Assembly (NCBI GenBank): GCA_964489545.1
Contig: CAZAZE010000009.1
Span: 3,035 to 67,034, forward strand
Length of the DNA stretch: 64,000 bases
From: an uncultured Bacteroidales bacterium
GTDB taxonomy: Bacteria > Bacteroidota > Bacteroidia > Bacteroidales > JAGOPY01
Direction: 5' to 3'
The notes under the pieces are model-generated. The model made no database searches. It was not told the origin of the DNA and saw nothing but the letters and a program-made list of their open reading frames with translations. Both the position numbers and the translations under genes were made by a program. Below are positions 1 to 8,287 of the stretch, in pieces. Each line of letters begins with the position of its first letter. Position 1 is the stretch's first letter.

Positions 1-3000
1 TATTAACTGTTCGATCATTATTTTTAAGTTGATCCTTGTAAGACTTTTCTAAATTAGCAATCTTATTCATTTTGGATTTCGGAATCCGGATATATTTTTT
101 AGATAAGCCCTTCAATAAGTCTGTCACTTCAAGCTTAATAACGTCTTCTTTATCAGGATTAATATCTCTTTCCGAAATCTCAGTAAAATTATCCAATTCC
201 CTTACATAATCGATGATCTTATGCTTCAATACCGGAATTTCATCATCTGTAACCGTATCGATGTTTTTACCGAGAATTGCCTGACAAAGAGAATTTATCC
301 AGACTTTCTTATTATCCAATAAAGAAACTAAGCGTTTGAAGAAGACATTGTACTTTGGTTGAATCCGGTCTGTCTTAAGTTTTGCGAATCTGTGGCTGAA
401 GGCAGCTTTATTTTTCGGAAATACCAAATCCTCCCCAAAAATTTCAGTATTGATGTAAGTTTCAATATCTTCAATTAAAACATCTAAGGCACCATTTATC
501 TCCTGTACACACTCCTTGATTGAAATGGCAAAGTCCTCAATAGCTTCCTGTTTCTCAAGCAATTCAACAGTGTTGAAACCCAATGCATTAGGGAATTCCT
601 CGAAAAAGGTAATTTCAGGGTCAACAGCATTTGCAATGGCTTGCCTTAAGTTTATGGATTTTTCGGAAAGATTCTTTGTATTTATTGCATAAGCTGAGAG
701 GGATTTGTAAAAAATCACAAAAGGTTTAAAGGTTTCAATAAAGGATGCATTTGTAAATCTTTCCTGTTCAATCTGATTTAAGATTTCCCTGTATTTATTA
801 AACAACTCAAGCCTGGCCGGTGTCAGGTCAAACTTCTTAATATAGAAATCTTGCGGAATCTTATTAATCAAATCAAGAATCTCATCATTGAGATTGGGTA
901 AGAATGTTATTTGATTGTCTGGCCTTCCTCTTTGATAAAGAGCAAAGTCATTTTTATTGGCAATTAAAAAAACGGGGAGCCAAAAATCGACGAATCCCTG
1001 CTTTAGTTTATAAGGTCTTCGTTTCAAAAAATCAGAAAATTCCAAGAGTGATTTCCTCTCATCGCGGCAACTTTCCAGAAATTCCAGACTACCTAACCAT
1101 AATCGTTGAAAGGAGGGGGAAGAAGGGGCTGATAATTGCCATTTGCCGTCCCTGAAATTCCACATACCAGAGCCCTTAATTAATGATAGAAAAATTGATT
1201 TTTCGGGAGGAAACTTCTGATCATCAAAATTCAAGTTCTCCATCGGGGTTTCTTCCAACAAACCGGATATCAGATTTCTCCGTGCAATTGAAATAGATCC
1301 CGAAATTTTAGTCTTGTTTACAAGCTCATTCCTAAATACAGGGGTAGCGGAATAAACCTCGTAACAAATAAAGGTTAATAAATTATTGAATCCCTTCTGT
1401 TTAGCCACAGGTATTAAGTTTCCCTGAAAAAACCACTTAACAGTTTGATCATCTGAATACAATCCATCCAGAACATAGTGGTTTAGCAGATTCCTGTAGT
1501 GTGATTTAATATTTTCAAGCTCTTGGAGGGCAATTATGTCATCGGCATTATCCTCAATAACGCGTTTTATCTTTTCCAGTTCAAAGATCGTATCTTCTAT
1601 CTTGCTTGTATTAGTGAATAACCCATATAAAACAGCATCTTCCACATGTGAAGAATGCTCTTTAATTGTATTCTCGGTAATCTTATCATTAAATATCAAA
1701 TTAATATAACCGTCCAATTCATCTTCCGGCACTTCCTTAACTGGCTCATTACTAATTTTAAAGCTAAACATCCTTGGCGTTCCCGTCAAAAATGAAGCTG
1801 CTTTGGCCATTATTACGGGAAAATCAAAATAGTTATTCAGGTAAAAACTTGAGTCTTTTACACGTTCAATAAGATTACCGGCCTCATTGATTGCCAGTTC
1901 AAAATCAAGATCGGTTCCATGAAAAAGCTTATATCGGTTATCATACTGCGAATGCCTGACTATTTTGAATTTAACCAATTGATTTATAATCTCTTTAGGG
2001 TTATTAATTCCTAAAGAATATTTTCCATAGAGATTAATAAATTCATCGTCAATCGTCCCTCCCTTATTTGAAAAAATGTTAAGCAAGCCAATGGTTTTAA
2101 TCAATTTTCCAGCATCCATTGCCAGCTTTGGCATTCGCACTTCTATCCTGTCTAAAGCTGATCGTATTGAATTCCATTGGTTTAAATAAGGATTGTATTT
2201 GGTAGAAATGATAGAAAAATGATAATAGTTTAAATAATCATAAACACATGCAATATTGAAGAATGGGTTACTTTCTTTATTAAATCCATATAATCCAAAT
2301 TCTTCCTCAGTTTCAATGAAGGAGAAGAGTGACCTCTCATTTTGTCCATACTCTTGTAAAGCGAGGGTTAAGATTGAAGCTGATAATAAATCTAAGGGAT
2401 AGATTCGATTACTAAAATCAAGGGAATCAAATTCCTTCAAAGGATACAATTTTGCTTCACTGATGCTAGAATGAACTTTTTCCAGCTCTACAATTTCATT
2501 TATTACAAATCCATACTCCGCAATCTTCTCAGCAGCTAAAAATAATAGCTGCTCAACCGGTTCATTAAAATTTAATTCAACAAACCTTCCTTTAACCTTA
2601 TTCCATTCATCAATCTGGTTTTGTGTAAGTTCCAAGGAGTATGCGTTGAAATTTTTATGAAGGACCGTGATAAAAATTACCTCATGATTTTTTGAATTAA
2701 CGAACTCGGCCAATTGTTGGAGAAAGTACAATTCTTTCTCCGGATTATTCTTTGCAGCAAATTCAAGGAATTTGCCAAATTCATCAATTACAATAACTAA
2801 TCCTTTGTTTTTTAAATCCTTAAGATAATTTTTTAAACCTTCCAGTACTTTTCCTGTATCATTTGATTTCGAATCAAGCCTTAACAACTCACTGAAAGCC
2901 TGGATTATTGATTTATGCTCGCCGATAAGGTTAATAAACTGAAATTCATCAACATCCCTAAAAAGCCGAGCCCGCTTAAAGATATGGTTAGTTCCATTAA

Positions 3001-3199
3001 GCGATTGTTCTAATGCAACAATAAAACTTGATTTTCCTGATCCATAAGAACCAATAACAGAAAATGACCTACTACCCTTTTGATAGTTAGAAACTATTTG
3101 ATTATAAATGTTTTGGGCATTTGGAGTAGAGATATAATTTATCTCCTCATCAAAATCCCTTATTATATTAACCGAAGGAGTATAGGTTTTAATTTTCAT
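1..3199 (-). CDS. Large P-loop NTPase; N-terminus complete, C-terminus runs off the left window edge (>=1066 codons); SspC-like ATPase partner of the DUF4007 gene
   Basis: Absent from the supplied ORF track because it has no stop inside the window. My translation of the minus strand from the ATG at 3199 (MKIKTYTPSVNIIRDFDEE...) has no in-frame stop down to position 2. Walker A GSYGSGKS (aa 50-57, nt 3029-3052), Walker B LVIVIDE (aa 134-140), then a GQNERSLFSF motif. The ATG overlaps the stop of the upstream gene by 11 nt. Confidence 0.8.
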   Translation of the reverse strand, partial: MKIKTYTPSVNIIRDFDEEINYISTPNAQNIYNQIVSNYQKGSRSFSVIGSYGSGKSSFIVALEQSLNGTNHIFKRARLFRDVDEFQFINLIGEHKSIIQAFSELLRLDSKSNDTGKVLEGLKNYLKDLKNKGLVIVIDEFGKFLEFAAKNNPEKELYFLQQLAEFVNSKNHEVIFITVLHKNFNAYSLELTQNQIDEWNKVKGRFVELNFNEPVEQLLFLAAEKIAEYGFVINEIVELEKVHSSISEAKLYPLKEFDSLDFSNRIYPLDLLSASILTLALQEYGQNERSLFSFIETEEEFGLYGFNKESNPFFNIACVYDYLNYYHFSIISTKYNPYLNQWNSIRSALDRIEVRMPKLAMDAGKLIKTIGLLNIFSNKGGTIDDEFINLYGKYSLGINNPKEIINQLVKFKIVRHSQYDNRYKLFHGTDLDFELAINEAGNLIERVKDSSFYLNNYFDFPVIMAKAASFLTGTPRMFSFKISNEPVKEVPEDELDGYINLIFNDKITENTIKEHSSHVEDAVLYGLFTNTSKIEDTIFELEKIKRVIEDNADDIIALQELENIKSHYRNLLNHYVLDGLYSDDQTVKWFFQGNLIPVAKQKGFNNLLTFICYEVYSATPVFRNELVNKTKISGSISIARRNLISGLLEETPMENLNFDDQKFPPEKSIFLSLIKGSGMWNFRDGKWQLSAPSSPSFQRLWLGSLEFLESCRDERKSLLEFSDFLKRRPYKLKQGFVDFWLPVFLIANKNDFALYQRGRPDNQITFLPNLNDEILDLINKIPQDFYIKKFDLTPARLELFNKYREILNQIEQERFTNASFIETFKPFVIFYKSLSAYAINTKNLSEKSINLRQAIANAVDPEITFFEEFPNALGFNTVELLEKQEAIEDFAISIKECVQEINGALDVLIEDIETYINTEIFGEDLVFPKNKAAFSHRFAKLKTDRIQPKYNVFFKRLVSLLDNKKVWINSLCQAILGKNIDTVTDDEIPVLKHKIIDYVRELDNFTEISERDINPDKEDVIKLEVTDLLKGLSKKYIRIPKSKMNKIANLEKSYKDQLKNNDRTVN

Positions 3200-4073
3200 A
3201 ATAATTCCTGATCAACTGTAATGTGTCGGGAGCTTTATCGATATGCAATAAATAATTACCTGCAGTTTGAGAAAAAGTTACCTGAGGATATTTCGCAGCG
3301 ATTATTTCAATCTTTTCATAAATATCATCCTTACTTAAAAGAAACACGTTTCCAATCGAATTGTTATCCGAAAAAAGTTCATTCAAAGTAATATTGGCTT
3401 CCGTTCCATATTTATTAACGACCGCCCATAACAAGATCAAAGGTGGTAAAGAAGGTCGCTTCTTTTTTGACATAAGATAATATTCTTCTTTGGTAAGTTC
3501 ATCATCTGTCTTTACAACTCTTTCAATCAATTGCAGATCAATAAAAAGCGAAGCAAATTCTTCTTCAATATTGGCTTTTGCAGAAGCCCTGTTCGATGCC
3601 AGGTAACTTCTTAAAAAAACACTTACATCCGGCTCGAATGTTTTTTCCGAGTAAGAGTTAGGATTAAGGTTACCGGTGATCCTTTTCAAAAAACCAACGA
3701 GATGATTCTTGGTGAACTCATTCCTTTCTTTCAGAAACTGGTTAAAAAGCAGATTATACATTGACGCATAATTCTGTGTAACAAGCAAATAGTGCAAAAG
3801 CCAGCTAGTTCCAATATCCTCTAAATAAGGATCATAACCGCGATCTTCAAAAATCATCTTGGCCAATTCGGTCAAGTTGTCATTTTCATCAACTAATCCA
3901 AATGCCTTAAGCCAAAACCGGATTGAGGATACCATATTCTTGCCTACACCCAATTTAACAACGGCATCCTCATCATTGAAACTATTACCTCCTAGAAGAA
4001 ATTCAACACCTTTCTTTGGCCAAAATTGCTTACAGGTAAAGGTTTCGTGACCGGAAAATTTATATGATGTCAT
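3189..4073 (-). CDS. DUF4007-family protein (SspB-like)
   Basis: N-terminus MTSYKFSGHETFTCKQFWPKKG matches my recollection of the DUF4007 signature (F-x-GHE-x-F...W-x-KK). About 294 aa from the ATG at 4073; the track start at 4115 adds 14 unlikely residues. Confidence 0.75.
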   Translation of the reverse strand: MTSYKFSGHETFTCKQFWPKKGVEFLLGGNSFNDEDAVVKLGVGKNMVSSIRFWLKAFGLVDENDNLTELAKMIFEDRGYDPYLEDIGTSWLLHYLLVTQNYASMYNLLFNQFLKERNEFTKNHLVGFLKRITGNLNPNSYSEKTFEPDVSVFLRSYLASNRASAKANIEEEFASLFIDLQLIERVVKTDDELTKEEYYLMSKKKRPSLPPLILLWAVVNKYGTEANITLNELFSDNNSIGNVFLLSKDDIYEKIEIIAAKYPQVTFSQTAGNYLLHIDKAPDTLQLIRNYYEN

Positions 4074-4257
4074 TGAAGTTCTTAATGTATGCCACAATGG
4101 ATGTAAAATTATCAATAATCAGATGCTGATGATTCACATATTGGCAAGAGTTACCATGTTTTTTTTAACGGGTTTACTATAGATTCTTCATTTCCATGTC
4201 TGCCAGCTCACTTAGGGGATTTAGGGATTAAGTATTGGATTAAAATTGTAAAGATTA

Positions 4258-5157
4258 TTACACCACCTTTAAAAACCGCTCATACCGCCAATCCAGCCGC
4301 TCCCTATCCGGATAATCTCGTTTAGAGGATGGCAAAAGGATCTTTCGATTATTCAGTTCCTGGATGCCGTGCTTTAACATTGGGCCATCGATCTCATGAA
4401 GTATATCTTCGCGAATGTGGATGGTATAGTCAGGTGAAATGCCGATGATATTCACATCATAAGCTTTATGATGGATCTTACACAGAGTTAATCCATTTGG
4501 GACGATGGGATGTCCCAAAGGTTCAGTGTCTGGAATAATATGGGCCGCATCTAAAAGCTCTGAATGATTGAGCTTGCATAAACAGCATTGAGAATGATAC
4601 GCTGCCAAGACCCTGATTCGAAACGATTGCTGATGAGCTCTTTGCTCAACCAAGGTGGTAAAATATTTTCTTCGATAGTATTCAAGGGACGCATTCATTG
4701 GATCCGTTTCAATGGAGCCTCCAAGATATTTCTGATCATCCAGGGCTACAGTAAATTCCAGGGCGGTTTGATTGTCATGCAATATATAAGCTGGGAAGTT
4801 GGCTAAATAGTTCCCGGGAGAAATACTCATAAAATATATAAGAGGAGTCTGGCTTTTCCAGGCCATCCTTAGACCTACATTGTTGGGGTGATTGGGATCA
4901 GTTCCCCGATATTTGTAAGATAGAAAGCCATCTTCTGAAATAACATCATTATAAGGTCCTTTATATACCGTCGTTATGGATATGGGCATGAGCTCGAATT
5001 GCCTGGGCTTCCAAATGCCAGCAGGCCCAATTAAAGTAATCCTTTCGCCCTGGAAATCAAACCCGGCTTCGAGAACTATTCGAGATATGACTTCCCCATT
5101 TAGTTCAACCTGTCTTTTCAGCCAGTTAAAAGCCGCGAGTCTTATTTGCTCTTCCAT
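4258..5157 (-). CDS. HNH endonuclease (HNH_2/PF13391-like C-terminus) with an N-terminal putative modified-DNA reader domain; type IV restriction-like
   Basis: C-terminal motif CCLCKLNHSELLDAAHIIPDTEPLGHPIVPNGLTLCKIHHKAYD. The N-terminal ~190 aa carry GIWKP...YKYRGTDPNHPNNVGLRMAWKSQTPLIYF. Start set to the internal Met (MEEQIRLAAF, ATG at 5157) because the longer track ORF overlaps the opposite-strand gene and crosses the composition boundary. Confidence 0.7.
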   Translation of the reverse strand: MEEQIRLAAFNWLKRQVELNGEVISRIVLEAGFDFQGERITLIGPAGIWKPRQFELMPISITTVYKGPYNDVISEDGFLSYKYRGTDPNHPNNVGLRMAWKSQTPLIYFMSISPGNYLANFPAYILHDNQTALEFTVALDDQKYLGGSIETDPMNASLEYYRRKYFTTLVEQRAHQQSFRIRVLAAYHSQCCLCKLNHSELLDAAHIIPDTEPLGHPIVPNGLTLCKIHHKAYDVNIIGISPDYTIHIREDILHEIDGPMLKHGIQELNNRKILLPSSKRDYPDRERLDWRYERFLKVV

Positions 5158-5259
5158 TTTATTATCAATTGAGCGCCGTGCCAAGTCATTTTCAAAGTTA
5201 GCAAAGAATGAATGTGGTTCGTCATATGCTTTATTGAATATACCCCTATTTTTGTGATC

Positions 5260-5826
5260 ATGACCCACGAAATCTACCAACTCCACATCACACTGCTCGG
5301 TTCCAGGCCGAAGATCTGGCGCCGGCTTCGGGTACCGGCTGATATGAAACTGGCCAAAGTGCATAAAACCCTCCAGATCGCCTTTGGATGGACGGATTCG
5401 CACCTGCATCAATTCATTAAGGATGAAAAATTCTATACGGTGCGCTACCCTGATGATGACTTCTGGGATGATCTGAGACATGTGGATTACAAGGGAGCCA
5501 AAACCCGCATCTCCGATCTGCTGCAGTCGGAAAAGGAAGCTGTCGTGTATGAATACGACTTCGGCGATGGGTGGAGGCATGAGATCGTCCTGGAAAAGAT
5601 CCTGCCGCCGAACCCGGAACAAGCCCTGCCGCTGTGCCTCGACGGACGCCGCGCCGGCCCGCCGGAAGACTGCGGCGGAGTTTTTGGCTATGCCGAACTG
5701 CTCCGCATCCTGAAAAATCCGCGGCATAAAGAGTATGAAAGCTACCTCGAGTGGGTGGGAGGAAGGTTCGACCCGGAAGCGTTCGATATCGAAAAGGTCA
5801 ACGCCCGCCTCGCGCGGATGAGGTGA
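5260..5826 (+). CDS. Plasmid pRiA4b ORF-3-like (MM3350-like, PF07929-type) protein
   Basis: IYQLHITLLGSRPKIWRRLRVPADMKLAKVHKTLQIAFGWTDSHLHQF...YEYDFGDGWRHEIVLEKI...CLDGRRAGPPEDCGG is the typical signature of this family. ATG at 5260. Confidence 0.8.
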   Translation: MTHEIYQLHITLLGSRPKIWRRLRVPADMKLAKVHKTLQIAFGWTDSHLHQFIKDEKFYTVRYPDDDFWDDLRHVDYKGAKTRISDLLQSEKEAVVYEYDFGDGWRHEIVLEKILPPNPEQALPLCLDGRRAGPPEDCGGVFGYAELLRILKNPRHKEYESYLEWVGGRFDPEAFDIEKVNARLARMR

Positions 5827-5905
5827 TGCCTCCGCTCCTCCGTATTATTTTTAACCGCAGAGACGCAGAGACCGTTTGCCGTTTGCCTTTGCCCACCTTT
5901 ATTTC

Positions 5906-5978
5906 GCCACCAAAGCACCAATGCACAAAAGAGCACCAAAGGCTTTAGTGAATTTTGGTGTTTTCGTGTTTTTGTGGC
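5906..5978. repeat. GCCAC...GTGGC composite imperfect hairpin element (copy A)
   Basis: gccaccaaagcaccaatgcacaaaagagcaccaaagg / ctttagtgaattttggtgttttcgtgtttttgtggc. The arms are built from 8-10-nt sub-repeats. Confidence 0.7.
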
Positions 5979-6160
5979 TGAAATTCGCCGCAGAGACCGA
6001 TAGCCGTGTGCCGTTTCCAATGTCATCTTGCCTGATTCTTCTGCGGTTCACCAACACAAAAAAAAGAAAACCCCGCCGAAATTTTGATCATCGGATTTTT
6101 CTAACTTGCGCTGCCCCGCGAAACCCGCGGCATTTCCTGATCCTTAACAAACCAAAAACT

Positions 6161-8044
6161 ATGAAAACATTGAGCATGATGCTGTTGGCGCTCGCCCTCG
6201 CGCCGGTACTTTTAATCACCGCCCAGGACGCGCAGTTCGTCAAACAAACCTTTTTCGCCGATAAGAATATCGTGTTCTCGGGAATGACCCGGGGCGCCGA
6301 TGGCGGTATCCTGGTCTGCACCTCCAAGGAAAGCTTCCCGGACGACTTCAGTGGCGTAGCCATCCGCCGCCTGGCGATCAACGGCGACGTGAAAGACAAA
6401 ACGGACCTGAGACTGGATATGGTGCATAACTTCGCCCTCACGCCCGATGGCGGCTTTATCGTGCTGTTCAACTACGATATGTTCAGCGACGCGAAAGGCG
6501 TCAGGCTCGACTTCAGCAACAGCAGCGAATACTATATGGCCGAACGGGATTATGAAAACATGCCGGGGGTGGTCAAAGTGTCGAAGTACGGCAGCCTGGA
6601 ATGGGTGCTGGAACTGAAACCGGCCCAGTACTTCAGCGACGGCGACGAAAGCGCCCTCTTCGTGCTGCCGGATAACCGCTGCTGGATCGTGTTCAACTAC
6701 TCCGCCGAAGATACCACCAGCGAATTCGGCGCCCAGGACGACTTTACGCGCGCCCTGATGATCGCCGCCAACGGGACGGTCCTCTTCGAGAAAGACTTCA
6801 TCGACAACGACCACGGCGTGCTGCGTGCCCCGGTGCTGCTGGAAGACGGCCGCCTGCTGCTGTTCTCCGACACCCGGCACGCCGGCGGCGGACAGGCGCT
6901 CATGACCCTCGACACGCAGGGCAACCTTGTGCAAATGGCCGCCATCCCCGGCCTGGAAGGGGTGTTCCCGAACGATATCGTCGCCGCGGGGAACTTTGGC
7001 TTCGCATTCACCCATCACGAGAACCAGGTGAATTATGTGACGCTGATCGACCGCGCCGGGAAGACCGCCTGGAAACTCCCGGCCACCGGGAACATCCACG
7101 CGATGACCGCGGACGAAAGCGCCCTCTATGCCGTCTCCACCGAAAAAAGCCTGTATGGTGTCGCCGAAGGGACGCCGGTACGCTATACCATCACCCGCTA
7201 TGACTACAGCGGCGCCGTGACCCCGGTGATGACCCTCACCGCCGACGGGCCGGTGGATCCGAAGAAATTGATCCGGACGGAATACAGCTTCGTGATGGCC
7301 GGCAACATCAAGCAGCCAGGCGCGCAAGGGGTGGCTGTCCTGGTCACCGTGCCGGAGACCAACGCCGACATCTTCCGCAATATGAACGCCTACGACTACC
7401 GGGAATATGCCAAAGCGGTCGAAAACAACGACCTGGAACGGATCCGGGCATTGGCCGCCTTCGGGATCGACCCGGACTTCAAAGCGGGCAGTGCCGGCGA
7501 CCGCGAAACGGAAGCCGACAACCCGCTGCTCGTGGCCTTCAAGCTGGGTAAGTACGACCTCGCAGAAGAGCTGCTGAAAAGCGGCGCCGACCCCGACGCA
7601 GTCGACAAAGTTCCGGTGCGCTACTTCATCTACGAACGGGCGGAGATCTACAACCTCCCGGTCACCCCGCTGATGTACATCGCCCTGACGCCCGGCTTTT
7701 ACGACGCACCCAAATATGTAGAGCTGCTGAACAAGTACAACGCCGATTTCAAGCGCATCACGCGCGACGGAACGGCATTCCGTCAGGCGTTCCAGATGCA
7801 GAACACGGAATTCATGGACCTCTACAGCCAGTACGTTACCTTCAGCACCGACGACCTGAATAACTTATTCGCCCCGGCGTACGAGTTCAACCTCCCTCAA
7901 TCCCTGAAATGGATCCTGGACCGCGGCGCCAACGCCAACAGCACCGATTTCATGGGCGACAGCTACCTGGAAAAGGGCATGCAGTCGGACAGCAAAGAGA
8001 TCAAGGCGGTGCTGAAAGAGTGGCAGAAAACGCACAAACATTAG
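6161..8044 (+). CDS. Secreted protein with C-terminal ankyrin-like repeats
   Basis: Signal peptide MKTLSMMLLALALAPVLLITAQD at the ATG at 6161. C-terminal repeats such as NPLLVAFKLGKYDLAEELLKSGADPDAV. The upstream part of the track ORF (from 5876) is translated repeat DNA. Confidence 0.7.
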   Translation: MKTLSMMLLALALAPVLLITAQDAQFVKQTFFADKNIVFSGMTRGADGGILVCTSKESFPDDFSGVAIRRLAINGDVKDKTDLRLDMVHNFALTPDGGFIVLFNYDMFSDAKGVRLDFSNSSEYYMAERDYENMPGVVKVSKYGSLEWVLELKPAQYFSDGDESALFVLPDNRCWIVFNYSAEDTTSEFGAQDDFTRALMIAANGTVLFEKDFIDNDHGVLRAPVLLEDGRLLLFSDTRHAGGGQALMTLDTQGNLVQMAAIPGLEGVFPNDIVAAGNFGFAFTHHENQVNYVTLIDRAGKTAWKLPATGNIHAMTADESALYAVSTEKSLYGVAEGTPVRYTITRYDYSGAVTPVMTLTADGPVDPKKLIRTEYSFVMAGNIKQPGAQGVAVLVTVPETNADIFRNMNAYDYREYAKAVENNDLERIRALAAFGIDPDFKAGSAGDRETEADNPLLVAFKLGKYDLAEELLKSGADPDAVDKVPVRYFIYERAEIYNLPVTPLMYIALTPGFYDAPKYVELLNKYNADFKRITRDGTAFRQAFQMQNTEFMDLYSQYVTFSTDDLNNLFAPAYEFNLPQSLKWILDRGANANSTDFMGDSYLEKGMQSDSKEIKAVLKEWQKTHKH

Positions 8045-8051
8045 AAATTTT

Positions 8052-8075
8052 GAGGTTTAAGGTTTAAGGTTTAAG
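8052..8075. repeat. Heptamer tandem array AGGTTTA x 3
   Basis: gaggtttaaggtttaaggtttaag. The same unit recurs at 31531-31555 and, degenerate, at 26630-26650. Confidence 0.7.
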
Positions 8076-8086
8076 TTGGGGCGGCA

Positions 8087-8153
8087 CCAGTTTCCAGTTC
8101 GCAGTTCCCAGTTCCCAGTTTGCCCGAACCTGGAACTCTGGAACCCTGGAACC
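8087..8153. repeat. Hairpin made of opposed heptamer arrays (CCCAGTT x ~4 versus CTGGAAC x ~3)
   Basis: ccagtttccagttcgcagttcccagttcccagttt gcccg aacctggaactctggaaccctggaacc, directly downstream of the stop at 8044. Confidence 0.65.
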
Positions 8154-8160
8154 AACAATA

Positions 8161-8233
8161 GCCACTAAAGCACAAAAGCACAAAAGGGCACTAAAGGCTT
8201 TGGTGCATTTTAGTGTTTTCGTGTTTTTGTGGC
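8161..8233. repeat. GCCAC...GTGGC composite hairpin element (copy B), direct-repeat partner of copy A
   Basis: gccactaaagcacaaaagcacaaaagggcactaaagg / ctttggtgcattttagtgttttcgtgtttttgtggc. It shares an identical 20-mer, ttttcgtgtttttgtggctg, with copy A. Confidence 0.75.
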
Positions 8234-8287
8234 TGGAATTCACCGCCGAGGCGCAGAGTCGCAGAGCCTGTTAGCCGTTTCCATTTT

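Noticed and set aside
904-1155. 83-aa plus-strand ORF, the only track entry in the first 3.1 kb
   Set aside because: It lies wholly inside, and antisense to, the 1066-codon P-loop NTPase ORF. It has no recognisable features.
5158-5727. N-terminal 190-aa extension of the HNH ORF given in the track (start at 5727)
   Set aside because: It overlaps the well-supported plus-strand pRiA4b-ORF3-like gene, crosses the AT/GC composition boundary and has junk-like sequence. The internal ATG at 5157 gives a coherent protein.
5876-6160. N-terminal extension of the ankyrin-protein ORF
   Set aside because: The region is repeat and hairpin DNA. A canonical signal peptide begins at the ATG at 6161.
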